From NCBI GenBank assembly GCA_964016885.1, contig OZ024743.1, positions 157,976,001 through 158,040,000 on the forward strand: a DNA stretch of 64,000 bases, in the 5' to 3' direction. The stretch is from Eledone cirrhosa (Eukaryota). Shown here piece after piece: positions 1 to 13,849 of the stretch (positions within the stretch are counted from its first letter, which is position 1; every line of letters begins with the position of its first letter). The translations under genes were made by a program, and so were the position numbers. The notes under the pieces were generated by a model. It ran no database searches, was not told the DNA's origin, and was given only the letters and a program-made list of their open reading frames with translations.

Positions 1-334
1 AAAACAAAACTTAGAGGTTTAATATGGCAGAGCTGAGTTTACACAACAGTACAGTATATACATAAATATCCATTCACGTACACATGAGGAAATATGTGTG
101 TGCATAGTGAGAAATATCAACACTCACAAACTATAACCAGCATCATAATAAAGCAAATGATATGTGTACATATATAAATGATTAACATGTGTATAAGCAC
201 ATGATAAACCAGTACATTATATATATATATATATATATATTTACACACACACAGTGAAAACCAAATCAAATAAAAAGGAATTTTTTATATATATAATTTA
301 ATATTTTACCTTAAAGCATTATATGTATATCTAC

Positions 335-374
<40 letters not shown>

Positions 375-404
375 GCAATTCTAAACATACATACATACAT
401 ACAT

Positions 405-453
<49 letters not shown>

Positions 454-2499
454 GTGATGCATTTAGTTTCAAACATGCATAACTGCTCAAGTATCAGTAT
501 GTATTGGAACTTTTAAAGAAATTATAAACTGAAAGATAATAATAATAATCAAATTATCTTGAAAATAAAGCAAGAACTTCACAACTTTCCTCCTATTCAA
601 GAAATGTATGGTTGTGTTTATATAGATCATTAAATAACAATATTTCTGTAGGCCAGCTTCCTCTGATTTATAGACAAAGAAAAAAGAAATATTGGAACAG
701 AAAGAAATTCTGGACTTGATTCAGTCAGAACTTGCTGTCTAACAAAATATTATTATTTCTTTTTAATCCTTTAAGTCATGAGGTGAATTTCTGTAAGAAA
801 GTAGGTGCATAGTAACTAAATCAACACCGGGATTGTTATTTATTTCGGATTTGTTTTATTCATATTTATATTATTGATCCTGCAGAGATGAAAAATCAAA
901 GTGAATACTAACAGGATACGAACTTAAAATGTAATAAGATTTTTTTTTTTTTCCCAGCATTTTACAGTTATTTCACTGCCCTAATTTAACATTCTAATTT
1001 TCAATAAATAGTTAATCACTGCAAATTGAGCAATGGTGGGATCTTGGACAATCTGTGAAATAATTTGTAAGTAAGCACTTGACCAACATCACCAATAAAG
1101 AAAATATATTGGCATTATTTTGTACCACTTATTTATTCAGATCTGAAAACTGTGCTCTGTTTATTTTGTTTTGTTTTGTTTTTTGTTTTGTTTTTCCAAT
1201 ATCAGCATAGAGAGGAAGAGAGAAATAAATTCTTTGAACCAAAGAGAGGAAGGGTGAGAGAGACTTGACTACACAGCCAAGACCATGACTCTTTAGTTCT
1301 TCAATTAGAATTGAAAGTCATACATTTCCTCTACTCATCATCATCATTATCATTATTCTAGTTTGAAATGCTAATTTGGAAAACAGACCAAAATAAATGG
1401 CAAAAATATATATATTTATTTTACCATATTCCATTTGGTAAAAATATATATACATTTAAATAAGCAAGTCTCAGTCTAGTAAGAATAAAACCTGCCAAAT
1501 ATAATAACCAACAATAACATGAACAGTAGCAGCAATAGTAAACAGCAAATCTGTCAGAAAAGTCACTCGCCTGTGAATGAGTTTGTTTGATTTGATTTGA
1601 TTTGATTTTTTTTTTTTTGTGTGTTTGTGTTTTGTTTGTTTTCTTCTCTCTCTCTAGTCAATTGGTATCACAATTTAAAATTTGTCCGGAAATAGAAGTT
1701 TTTCAGAACTCTCCTGAGCTGATTGTAAAACAGAAAAAAATGCGCAATTTGAAATATGTTTTCCAATCAGTAGACTGTGGCATCGAGGTTTGCTTGTTTT
1801 TCATTTGCTTTATTTGTTTAACTCCTGTAAATAGTTGGAGCTTGGGGACAACAATTTCACGCTTTTCTCACTCAAGAATCCGGTTTACTGGTAATAGTTT
1901 TTGCATTCTGTTTTTCTCTGTAAACAGACACATTATATATATATATGATCTACACGTCATTTTCAATAGATCATCAGCCCCCACAAAAATACATTTTTAG
2001 ATGAGTATGCTGATGTAAGATGTTGGCATGTGTTGGTCAAGCACTTACATTTTAAGTCACAGAATTAGTTGTCACTTTTACATTGCTCAAATTTTGACAG
2101 TAATTAACATAAATATAATTTTTCAATAATTTGAATTATTTTCCTTGTCAAATTTTTAGGAAGCCAATAGGTACATGGCCAGATTTTATGGGGCAGCAGA
2201 AGGGGGCAATTGCCCCAGGTCCCTTGCAGTGGGGGCTCCCCACCAGCAATGGTTGGAGCAATATATTTATGCTCTCTGCTAGGTGTTTTAGTTTTAGGAT
2301 GGTTACATTTTTTTTATTTAATACCAAGAATATAAATGTGTAGGAGAGTGGTAGAATAATCAACTGATTCAACCCTAGTACATGCCTAGCACTTATTTTA
2401 TTGAACTCAGAGATAAAGTGCAACAAATTCAAAAGAAGACTTGCAAAATTTTATACTATAGAAAATTTCATAAGATGCTCCTCCATTACTATTACTTCA

Positions 2500-2885
2500 A
2501 CACACATACTCACCAGGAAAGGAAATGCCTGCTAATCAAAGTATCAAACCTAAAAAAATGGAGAAAATCTCTAAATATAAGATCTAAAAATAGAGATGAC
2601 CAGAATGTGGAAGACTGAAAGCAGAAACAATCCTTATAATAGGTGCCCTGGGAATGATTGCAAAAATATTCAGACAAATACATAACCAAAATGGCAGGAC
2701 TTACAAATATGCACAACATACAAAAAATATTACAAGGCACTGACTGCACAGATATATAGAGTACTGCCAATAATATAGAAATAACATCATGAAAATAAAA
2801 CATACTGAAGATACACAGAGATGTGCTCAATAGAACAATCAAAGTAGACAATAAAAATAAGACTACTGAACAACAACAACAATCA
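2500..2885 (+). mobile_element. Decayed 3' end of an R4/Dong-like non-LTR element
   Basis: Frameshifted EKISKYK...RMWK...IGALGMI motif typical of the restriction-like endonuclease end, followed by a (CAA)n tail. Confidence 0.55.
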
Positions 2886-3393
2886 TAAGAACTTATCTAT
2901 GGAATATTTTGAGGTTCGTACCTTTATGAAAATAGCTTCAACTGAGGATAGAAATGAGGAATGCAGACTCAGTTCACCGAAAACTTATAGCAATACAGTA
3001 CCCACCACAACAGTAATTAATTTTCTTTATTTACTATAATGACTAATCACTTCAATAACAGTAACGATAATTTTTCACATTGACACAAAACTAAAAGGGA
3101 ACACAGGTGTTTGAATAAACCTAACATATTGATTAGTAAATTATTTTATTGAACTACCCAGAAAAGGATGAAAACCAAAGTCAACCATGGCAAGATTTCA
3201 ACACACAATATAACCAATAACTAAGAACTGTAAAACCATTTATACCACTACAACACCAACATAAACAACATCAATAATAAATAACAAAAAAAAATTTATA
3301 TTCACAATAATCTAGAAAGTTATTAACACACAAAAGGTAAGGGGAATAAAAAATCCCTAACGCATAACACACACATATATACATACATATATA

Positions 3394-3455
<62 letters not shown>

Positions 3456-3694
3456 ATGCGTGTATATATATATATATAATACTGGATATAAATCGAAGTT
3501 GCAGCCGCACTGTAGCAGAGTGTGAGAGGCAGTCACGAAACCATTCAATGGTATGAGGAATTAATACATTTTCACCCAGAGTAAACACAAAAAGTTAATG
3601 AAATGTGATACCAAGAATAAGCACCTGAAAGCATGTTGCCACACTAATACAACATTGATATATACAAACAGATATAGGTGTGTGTGTGTGTATG

Positions 3695-3846
3695 TACCGC
3701 AGGTTCAATCAGGGGTAACCACAGTAAGTAAGGTACTCAATACATAGTAGACTATATACAATGTTTAATTAAGAAATGGCTTCTGTTTCAGTCAAAGGAA
3801 ATCATCAGGAAAGCGTAGTCCTGTAGAAGCCATTTCTATATTAAAC

Positions 3847-3850
<4 letters not shown>
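3695..3850. repeat. Short dispersed repeat, probable Penelope-like terminal fragment; inverted homolog at ~6460-6570
   Basis: Shared ggtaaccacagtaagtaaggtactcaatac. The minus strand has CTGATGA-12nt-GAAAC, a degenerate hammerhead core. Confidence 0.5.
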
Positions 3851-3913
<63 letters not shown>

Positions 3914-5592
3914 ATATATGATATAATATGATCCATGAAAGATAAAACATTTTTATTTCTTGTTTCATACCTAGTTTAACAACTAAGTAATTTTCAGACA
4001 ATAAATATTATGTAACTTTAAAGTAATGATGTTTTGTCTTTAATGGATTATATATATATATATATGTAGTGGAATAGTTGCACCCAAATCTATGTTTTTT
4101 CAAGCACACTTCACCTACAGGATAAGTCTGTAAAGCTAGGTTGGAAAAAATAGGTGAGATTGAAAATAATAATCAGTCTGAAGCTAAGAGAGAAAAGCAA
4201 TGAGTAAAAAGAAAAAGAATTCTAAAAAGATACAGTTTTCTTTTTGATTCTTTAGACATAGTATGGAGAATAATAACAAATTGGTGAGAGTTTCTTCCTT
4301 TTTTTTTCCATTTGAAAAGTTATAAACTAATCATTGAAACATATGCTAGCTCAAGGAATTAACTCGATGCTAGAATAAAAAATGTTTTAGAAACAACTTT
4401 TTCAAACATTCAATAAATAGAAACAAACACGAAACACTTTTCTACACATTTTATCTTATTTCTTTCCCATAGAATTATTGTTGTGGTTATTATTTTGTTG
4501 TTCTATACTATTATTGCTATTCATTGATACATTCTTATTGTTTTGTTAACCTTACCATTGTACTCAATGTGAATTCCCTAATACTTTGTTTTTTTAGACG
4601 GTGGAGATATTTTGCCTTGGCAGTCCTCAACATCTTCGGCCCTTGTGGTAAATAAAATAAATCATTATTATAATTATTATTACTATTGCCCTTATTGCCA
4701 TTAATTATTATTATTGTTTGAGTGTTGGCCATGTGCCTAAATTAGAAAGCATTATTATTGTTTGTGTTAGACTCTTTATTATGTTGTTTGTTATTTTAGG
4801 TTTCACTTTCACATTTTTATCCTCTCTTTCACTGATCTGACATGTGTATATGAAAGAAAAAAACATAACGAAAAGAATTATTTATTTACTTTATGTTTAA
4901 TTTTGTTTGTTACCTGGGGTTTTTTGTTGGGAGCAGGGCCAGATTTAATTGGGGGCATATGAGGCAGCCATAGCAATTTATTTGTGCCCTCTACTGGGTT
5001 TTTAGTTTTATCCCTTTAACAACGAGAACTATATTTTTAACAACAAGTATTTAATGTCCTTACTATGGCAAAATTCATCAAATGTTCTCAACTTTAGAGA
5101 CATCAGATTGTTATCAGAACAATATTCTAATAAAAAGTATTTGATGTCGCTGTGTAAAGTGGTTGTGCTGGTATCACAAAATCAATGCACCCAGTAAACA
5201 CTCTAAAGTGGTTATATCAGGAAAAGCATCCAGCATAGAAACCGTGCCATATACATAATGCATGAGCAAGATGAGGTTGCTTTGGACTGCGATAACCTAT
5301 CCAACACAAGCAGGTATGGAAAGTGGACATAAAATAAAGATGGGTAGATTTTTTTTATTTAATACCTGTATGTATTTCCAATTACTAACGCCAGCCAACT
5401 TTGATATGCAAAATTGGGGGTTTGGTGTGTGTTCTAATTTTTTGTGTATTTCCATTAATTAATATCTAATTAACTAATTGTGTTCCTTATAATTCACTGC
5501 ATACCCTTGTACAATACACCATTATACATCATCCCTCAGAAGGTATGGTGTCAACACCAAATCTTTGTATTATTTACATCATACCTCGTGCG

Positions 5593-5787
<195 letters not shown>

Positions 5788-6324
5788 GTAGAAGCATATA
5801 TAATAATGAAATTATTATGTATAGGGATCAGGTGCACTACAACTCATATAAATTATCATCATCCTTTAGGGTCCGATTTCCTTGCTAGCATATATACCTA
5901 TATATATATGTGTGCGTGTGTCTGTGTACATATATGAATATATATTTGCCTATGTATGTCTGCTTATGTGCATTTGAATGAGTGCATGTGTGCATATATG
6001 TGCATGTATGCACATTCTATTTTCATGGACAAAGAAATAGTTATGTATAAAGAAATTTAAATAGAAATGGTTCAGCAAATAAAAAGAGAGTTAAATACAA
6101 GTCAACACACGTACAGACATTAACAGAATGTAATTAAATATTATTTCTTATGTTTCCATCTGCAAACAAAATCCTGTCATCTCAACTTTCTGTATATATG
6201 CATGTGCATGGGTGTGTGTGTGTGTGCATGTGTGTTTCAGTGTGTCTATCTGTGTATCACATTTATTTACATGAATATAAATGTGCAACAATATATATTT
6301 GCAAACATGCTTTTTACAATTTTG

Positions 6325-6355
<31 letters not shown>

Positions 6356-6567
6356 CTGCTTCATGAAGGGGAGCATGTAGCTGGAGGATGAGTAGAAATG
6401 GAATGATTCATCAACCAGCTTTCAACAAATACATATATTATATATAGTTTTAATATAGATGAGATTCTACAGGACTAGAACTGTTTCATTCTTTAGAAAT
6501 CATATACTCTGCAATGTATTGAGTACCTTACTTACTGTGGTTACCTCCAATTCAACCCGGAATAACG

Positions 6568-6631
<64 letters not shown>

Positions 6632-6644
6632 GTGGTAACACAAC

Positions 6645-6754
6645 AGTTAGTTCACCATACCGAGAACAATTGTTTCACCCTAGCAGATCCTCAACTCGTA
6701 CGAGCTGAGGATCCGCTAAGGTGAAACAATTGTTCTCGGTATGGTGAACTAACT
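6645..6754. ncRNA. 110-bp palindrome with a minimal type I hammerhead ribozyme motif on each strand
   Basis: Plus strand 6701-6738 reads cgag CTGAGGA tccgctaaggt GAAA caattg TT ctcg. The minus-strand copy has TTGAGGA. Confidence 0.6.
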
Positions 6755-7639
6755 ATATATATATATATATATATATTCAAAGGTTTTTTGATATATTTCT
6801 CAATGGGGAATGCCATCATTATAGTTTTATCTGCAAGAATGATATGGCAACATTGTTTGTGGAAAATCTGCAAGCTCTTTATACTTAGTACTAAAAAAAA
6901 TAATATTTCAAGAATTAGAAGAAAATAAAAGCAAATTTTAAAATCAAAGCAATTTTCACAAGAAAAATGAAAAAAAAACAAAACAAAACTAATAAGGAGA
7001 TCCTTTCAGAAGAGGATATTAATTGTTTGTTAATATATTTCAAGATGGCTCTAATTTAAATTATCTAATCAATTATTGTTTTATATGAATGGTTAATTCC
7101 CATCCCATCAAATTTTTCTGCATATAGATACATATAGACACATAAAATCACACACACATACATACACACACATACACATACATATATATATATACACACA
7201 CATACATATATATGTATAGATGTGTATGTTTGTATGTGTGTGTGTGCAAATATATTTGTACACACATAATGTGTGTGTATGCACCTCAATTTACATACAC
7301 ACACACACATCATGTATTTCCTTTTCTTGAAATATATTAAATTCAACTTCAGAGTAGTAAAGTTAGAAAGGAAAATAACAGAAGTATTCTGTACAATAAG
7401 GCACAAGAGAGATAGAGTGGGAAGTGTGGGTTGGAACAGTTGACAGCGTATGCCATTGAGGATGGGGGGGGTTGCATGTGAGTGTATAATGTGTGTGTAT
7501 GTGATGTACATATGTGTAGTGTGTGGAGGACTATGTTGTGTATGTATGAATGTGTGTGTGTATCATTGAAAAATGTATGTAATTGAGAGAAAATTTGGGG
7601 ATATTACATATGTGTCTGTGTAAGGAAGAGAGAGAGAAA

Positions 7640-7676
<37 letters not shown>

Positions 7677-8155
7677 TATGTATACATGACCAAAATCATG
7701 CATACTTGTGCCTGCATCCATGTGCAGAAATTAACATCTGTATATTTATACTATCTAGATGGAAGCATGTCTCTATTGATGTGAATAAATGTGTGTTTGT
7801 ATGTAAGTGTGTTTTTGTGTGAAGGAAAGAGAAAGAAAGAACGTGTATGTATGTGTTTATTGAGATAGATTGGGAGAAGAGTTAAGATGTAATAGGAGAG
7901 AGAGAGACAGACAGAGAAATAAGGTATGAGAAAGGGAGGGGGGTTCAGTCTCTCTATAAATTTTCTTGCCAAGGGTTTAGCAGGAGAAAAAGGTATCTGG
8001 CATTGTTACAACTGCTACTCCTACTACTACAGCTGCTGTAGCAACTCCAGTTACTGTTGCTGCAGTGTTTGTTATTGTTGTTGTAGTGGTGCTTGTTAAT
8101 TTTGTTGTTGCAGTATATTTTGTAGGTTAAAATTCCTTTCCTCTTCACTAAATCC

Positions 8156-8287
8156 TTATGTGGATGAATCGGGAGTTTCCTTCTGTGACTGTTGCTGTCT
8201 CTTCCCATCATCTTTCCACACAAAGGAATAATTTTCTTCCAGCTGTTTCTGCTTTTCATTTTCCTTTAGAAGTTGATGGTTGTCACT
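8156..8287 (-). CDS. OS9: OS-9 last coding exon to TAA
   Basis: tttttttctccag acceptor, SDNHQLLKENEKQKQLEENYSFVWKDDGKRQQQSQKETPDSST*. LEENYSFVW resembles vertebrate LESNYRRVW (recalled). No terminal KDEL/HDEL. Confidence 0.9.
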   Translation of the reverse strand, partial: SDNHQLLKENEKQKQLEENYSFVWKDDGKRQQQSQKETPDSST

Positions 8288-10288
8288 CTGGAGAAAAAAA
8301 AATGAAAATAAGCAATTTTTTCAAAATTCCTTCTTCATAGAATGAATAAAGAAAAAAAGAAGAAATGTGTTTCATTAATTTCAGTTCCATTAACTCCAAT
8401 AAGTTTATTCATCTTGATTTTTAAAGAAAAAATATTTGTTGTTATTTAGCCCCTGGTCAGTCATCTTTGAGCAGCCCTAAAATCAAAAAGCATACCAGCT
8501 ATGACCATTTCATCTCTTTCAGTTATAGTATGTATGAGGGATTGCTGAAAAGTTACTGGCTTTAAGGGTATCGCGAAAGGGTAGAACTATTACCTTTACA
8601 TGGGACATAGAACCACTGCAATAAGTATATGAATCTGAGAGGGAAATATGTTGAATAAAATCATAATTAACTGATCCTCCTGTATTTTCTTTTACCCACA
8701 GCCAGGAACTTTTCAGCACCCCCTCGTAGTAGTACTTTACTCAATGCACACATATATTCTCAGTCTAAGATGGTCAGGTATGATTTCAGGGAGGTGTGGC
8801 TGCTATTTCTAACAGACTGATCCACAATGTAAAGGTTCTATTATCAGCTCATAGACTCAATAGTTAAAAAAAGGACAAGAATTAAAAGACTTTCTACTAC
8901 AGATAATGTATTGTGATGCGTCCAAATAAAAGACATAAAATTATTCCTTTGTCACTACTTCAGTGAATGCAGTGAAAGCTATGCATCATTAATGAGATAA
9001 GAAAACGACTGAAGTATGCACAAAGTTGTCTCCCATACTTATCAGAAAATAAAAATCTGAAACTAATACTGTTTTTTCTCATAACCTAACTTTTTGATGT
9101 TCCTTGCATTAAATATGTCAACATTAACATAACATTGTCTTTCATGCAGGTGAATTCTATTTTCTTATCACAACCAATATGCAAATATTGAACATTTGCA
9201 TAGTGATTCTCTCAAAACTACAACGAAAACTATGCTTTGTGTAATAGGTAAAAAATATATGACCGAGATTAAATAAAACCAAATACTGTAACGCATTTAC
9301 ATTGGGACTATATATATGCATGCATGTGCTTGTATATAAACCTTGATGTAAACATGGGTTTATTTTGGTTGGGCACAAAAATGATATATTAAAGGAATCA
9401 AGAAAAAATATGATGTTATGTTGTTTATGATACACCTATAAGCATTAGGTACAACCAAAAAATCTGATACACTGAGTGCACAAAGTACATCTGCCAAGTA
9501 ACAGATATGTACCTTCCTACTCACACATACACATGAGCCAATGGGATACTTCCAGGTCAATTTATTAGAAATAGATATAGCGGTCAAATCTTCTTCAAAT
9601 TACCTGCCCCCCAGCCCTTGTCTTAAGAAATTCAAAAGAATACAATAGATATTGTAGTCTAACACACTCCTGAAAAAGTGAGATAGGCACAACTAGAATG
9701 TACCTGATCATGTCTTCTCAAGCAAGACTAACCTGTGGCTAAGCAGCAACAAGAACACACAAACATAAATACACATGCATATAAACATACATAAATACAC
9801 ATACATAACTACAAAATGCATACACATATACATATCGAGATGAAATGAAAAAAAATTGAAATTTAAAGCTCAGGTTAAGCTGGGCTCCTATGACGTTGCA
9901 GCTCACAGGATATTTTTCAGGAATTTTAATGATAAGGGCTCCCAGTTCGATCATGAAAAGCAACATGAAATTAGAAATTAAGCACCCTGCTCAAGAATAC
10001 TGCCTGGTGCAAAAATAAAACCCACAACCTTATGATAAGGAGTCAAATACCCAACATTACATCACACACTTTCACACAGAAAGAGAAAATAATTGACAAT
10101 AACATCTGGCTTCTTCTGTCCTTCAACTAAAGCTAGGCCTCAAACATACTTGAAATGCCTACTAACAGTGAAGATAGTATTAGAAGAGAATGATTGATTT
10201 TTCTAATAACACTGTAAAAGACAATCAAGGAATACAGATGAGCAAGTTAGTTAGACCTCCAGAGATATCTCTGAGATTTGTTACTTAC

Positions 10289-10398
10289 CAACACAGTAAT
10301 TACCATATTCTTCACAGCATTTGCTTCTTCCTTAGACATCTTGATTGTGTCCTTCCCAGAGAAACCAGTTGAGAAAATCCGCACCTTCACTTTATCAC
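10289..10398 (-). CDS. OS9: OS-9 penultimate coding exon, 110 bp, phase 1-0
   Basis: tgccag acceptor, GDKVKVRIFSTGFSGKDTIKMSKEEANAVKNMVITVL, gtaagt donor. Confidence 0.88.
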
Positions 10399-11735
10399 CT
10401 GGCACAATAAAAAATAAAAAATACTGAGTAAAGTAAAATAAACAATTATAGAAATGATATGGCCATGTGGTTAAGAAATTCTCTTTGCAATCATGTGATT
10501 CCATGTTTGATGTCAAAGCAAAGCACCTTGGGCATGTATCAATCAATCTAACTATCTTCTTGAAAATATGGGAATTCCACATTTTCAAATAGATAGATCA
10601 GGTTAAACATGTCTTGGTATTTAGTTACATCGTTTATATTTTGAGTTTAAGTCCCTCCTAAATCCACTTTGCCTCCCATCTGGCCAAAGTTACTGAAATA
10701 AGTATCAGTTGGTAAAATAAGCACTGAGGTCATTGTAATCAACTATACTCCAGATGGTGGTGCCCCAACATGGCTTCAGTTCAATGACTGGAACTAGTAT
10801 AAAAGAAGTAAAGATAAGGTCAAGTCAATGGATGACAGTTGCTAAGGTGAAAAAGGGTACTGACTTCACCAACACAATTACATACTACCTATCTGCCTTC
10901 TTAACTCCTTAGAGGCTCACCTATTGCAGAACCTTAAGATAAACACTTTAAACCTTATTGAGTTTCCATCTCAATTTCATCATTATCAACTTCAATTTCA
11001 ACATCATCAATCTGAAATGCGTGATCATCAACCCTGTAATTCTCTTTCTCTCTCTCTTCTCTGTCTCTCTCCTTTTCTGCTCACATCTGGTTTTCTACAA
11101 TCACCAATCCACACAAGTTCAAAACCAGATCAACACTATCAGCTTCACATAACTTTTTTCTGTTTGATCTAGAGGAAGGGCTTCTGCCCAATGGTCTTTA
11201 CAGCCCTCTGACACTAATGAAATTGATGTTGTATAAATTGCTGTAAGTTAAAGACTCCAAGAAAGATATGTGTAAGGAAAAGATTCCAGAGGGCCGGTGC
11301 TCTAGAGAGAAGCGACTGGCTCTGGAAGACTGAACACAATATGAGTGATGAGAGAAGTAAGAGAGACAAGTGAGTCAAGAGTGTCTGAAGTGAGGTGACA
11401 CAAGACCAGCCAGCTACTAGGAGCAGGGGCCATTGTAGTAGTGATGGGAAGAGACAGGAGACAGAACAACTGCTGATAAGAGTCTATCCTTGATAAAAGT
11501 TGAAAATATTTAGATGAGTTATATTTATACAGACAGAAATTTAGATTTATCACTAATACCTACATCAAGAAGAACCTGAAAAGGGCTATGGTCAATGTCT
11601 GCATTCTATAGATTGATGAATGAATAAATTAAAAGCAAAAAGGGAAAAGGACAAATGAATTCTGAAAATAAAATATGATGCTAAAAAACTGAAGAGCAAT
11701 TGTCAGCAACATCACTACTTGCTGCTGTAACTCAC

Positions 11736-11882
11736 CTGATAGTTGTATTCCAGCATTTTCTAAACCCTCTTTAACAGATTCTTCTAGTTTGTTATTCTCT
11801 TTATTTAATACATCTTCATCGTCTGACAACAGTCCACCCTGCCCAAGTTTAGTTACACGAACTTTAACTCTGTTATCAGCTT
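11736..11882 (-). CDS. OS9: OS-9 exon, 147 bp, phase 1-1
   Basis: EADNRVKVRVTKLGQGG...LEESVKEGLENAGIQLS, gtgagt donor. The RVxVRVTKL motif is as in vertebrate OS9 (recalled). Confidence 0.9.
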
Positions 11883-11964
11883 CTATGCAACACAAATAAA
11901 ATAAATTACCTTTAATTTTTAAAGCTAACATGAGTATTGTTTAAAAAAATTGTATTCATGAAAA

Positions 11965-13840
11965 TAATAATAATAATAATAATAATAATACTGATTTCTT
12001 TATTAACCACAAAGGGTTTACAAAAAATACATTAAGGACAGGACAGTACAAATATGGGTTTCTGTGTGTATAAAAAAAAGAAACAAAAACAAAAGATCTA
12101 ACAAAAAAAGGAAACAAAGGAAAAATCCCCAATAGTGGGTAGACCACCAAGGGTTACTTGAGGAGAAAGCCCACCGTATAAATATGGGTTTCTGCATGTA
12201 AAAAAAAAAAAGGAAACAAAACAAAAGATGTAATAAAAAATGGAAACATAGGAAAAATCCTCAATAGGAGAGAGACCATTGAGGCTTACTCATGGAGAAA
12301 GCCCACAAAAACCATGGTCACCCTGATTGCTAGGGCAACCGCCCTCTCCTAGTTGTACAATACTACAAGCACACACTCAGGGCAGGCCCAGTCACACAGG
12401 CCATTCTTGCCTCTCTCACCCACCTTTCAACAAACTGCCGAGAAGGCAGCACTTCCCTCTTCACTGTAATTTTTCTTTTCAAGTAAAACCTGAAAAAGTT
12501 AATGAGAACACCACCAAAGAGGAAAGTGCCTGTCATCAACCCTTTCTGATGTGTCCAACATATAAAACTGCCTGCAGATAAAAACTGCCTGCACTTCCTG
12601 ATTAAAGAAGGGTGGAAGGGAAATCTTCATGATGGACACAGCTGATAGCCGGATCTGTCCGACACGCAACAGCAGATCTTCGATATAAACCCACAAGTCA
12701 GTGATGCTCGAACACTGGACAAGTGCATGCAGGATGGTCTTGTCGCCCTGCGTATGATGGACAGGCCTGGCTGATGGCACTTCCATACCAGTCAATTTTC
12801 TTTCAAACGCTGCCAGGCCAGGGACTTCCCAAAGATATCCATTGGCCCTGGACTAAAAGCCCTCTCGAAGAGAATAGCTAGTTGGTTTTTGTTGACACCT
12901 AGATTTCCCCAAGGACGTCATCATTTTTGCCTTCCATTAACTCGCTATAGAATGCTGAGGGGGGATTTCCACTGATTGCAATGCCATATTGGCAAAGGGC
13001 AGTGAGTGCTTGAAGACATTCCAATTTCTAAGCGTTCCTTGTCGGTCTTCACTTCACCAGGATTACAGCTGCATCAAGGAGACGAGCCGGGGAAAAACAT
13101 GCCTAGCGAAAGGAGACACCTGTTCACTGTCAAGGAAGATCTGGAGATGTTGTATCCTCAGAGCATGTCTGCGCATGATCAGCCATGGCATGCCCAGTCC
13201 TCCACATAGCAGGTGCTGATAGCAGATGGACCATCAGATCATCAGACCATGTCTCTTCCACAAAAAGTGAAAGAGCAAATGCTCCAGTGCGGTCAGATGA
13301 GGCTTAGGACAAGGCACAATCTACACATTCGCCACCCCCACCCATCCTTTCAAAGGTAGCTTTCTCTTGGCCCATTTCTGGGTGAGAGTGGCCACCATGC
13401 TTGTTACATCATCCCAGTTTCTGTCCACCTGGAGGTCTGGACCAAACCAGACCCCTAGCAATTTAATTGGTCCATCTGTCCAGCGCCTGACGACACTATT
13501 GGACGGCATGGGCCCACCTCTCCAGGTGCCGAGCTGCAGGCCCACCAACTTTTCCTGGTTAATTTTTGCTCCTGCCACCATTTCATATTCTCTTAGAGTT
13601 GTGCCGATTGCCTCGATATGTTTGGTGTTCAATACCACAATGGTGACATCGTCAGTGTAAGCTGACACAGTTTTCCTACATCCAAGTTTGCGCAGAATGC
13701 CTCTCAACACCTCCAGTTTGTGCAATAATGGCTCTAGAGTCAATACATACAACAGCGACGAGAGGGGACAAGCTCGGTGGACAGAGCGTATGATGTTGAA
13801 ACGTAACCATTCAGTCTCACCACAGAACAGATGTCGCAAT
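11965..13840 (-). mobile_element. 5'-truncated, decayed Tx1/L1-clade LINE
   Basis: RT motifs CPLSSLLYVLTLEPL, SAYTDDVT, LLGVWFGP. ~130-bp internal repeats in the 3' UTR and a (TAT)n tail. GC-rich relative to flanks. Confidence 0.8.
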
Positions 13841-13849
13841 GGTAAAGAA

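Noticed and set aside
1602-2000. 132-aa plus-strand ORF
   Set aside because: Low-complexity T-rich start, no recognisable motif and no splice support.
7954-8259. Listed 101-aa minus-strand ORF
   Set aside because: Wrong frame. The spliced OS9 frame ends at the TAA at 8156, and the rest is 3' UTR with simple repeats.
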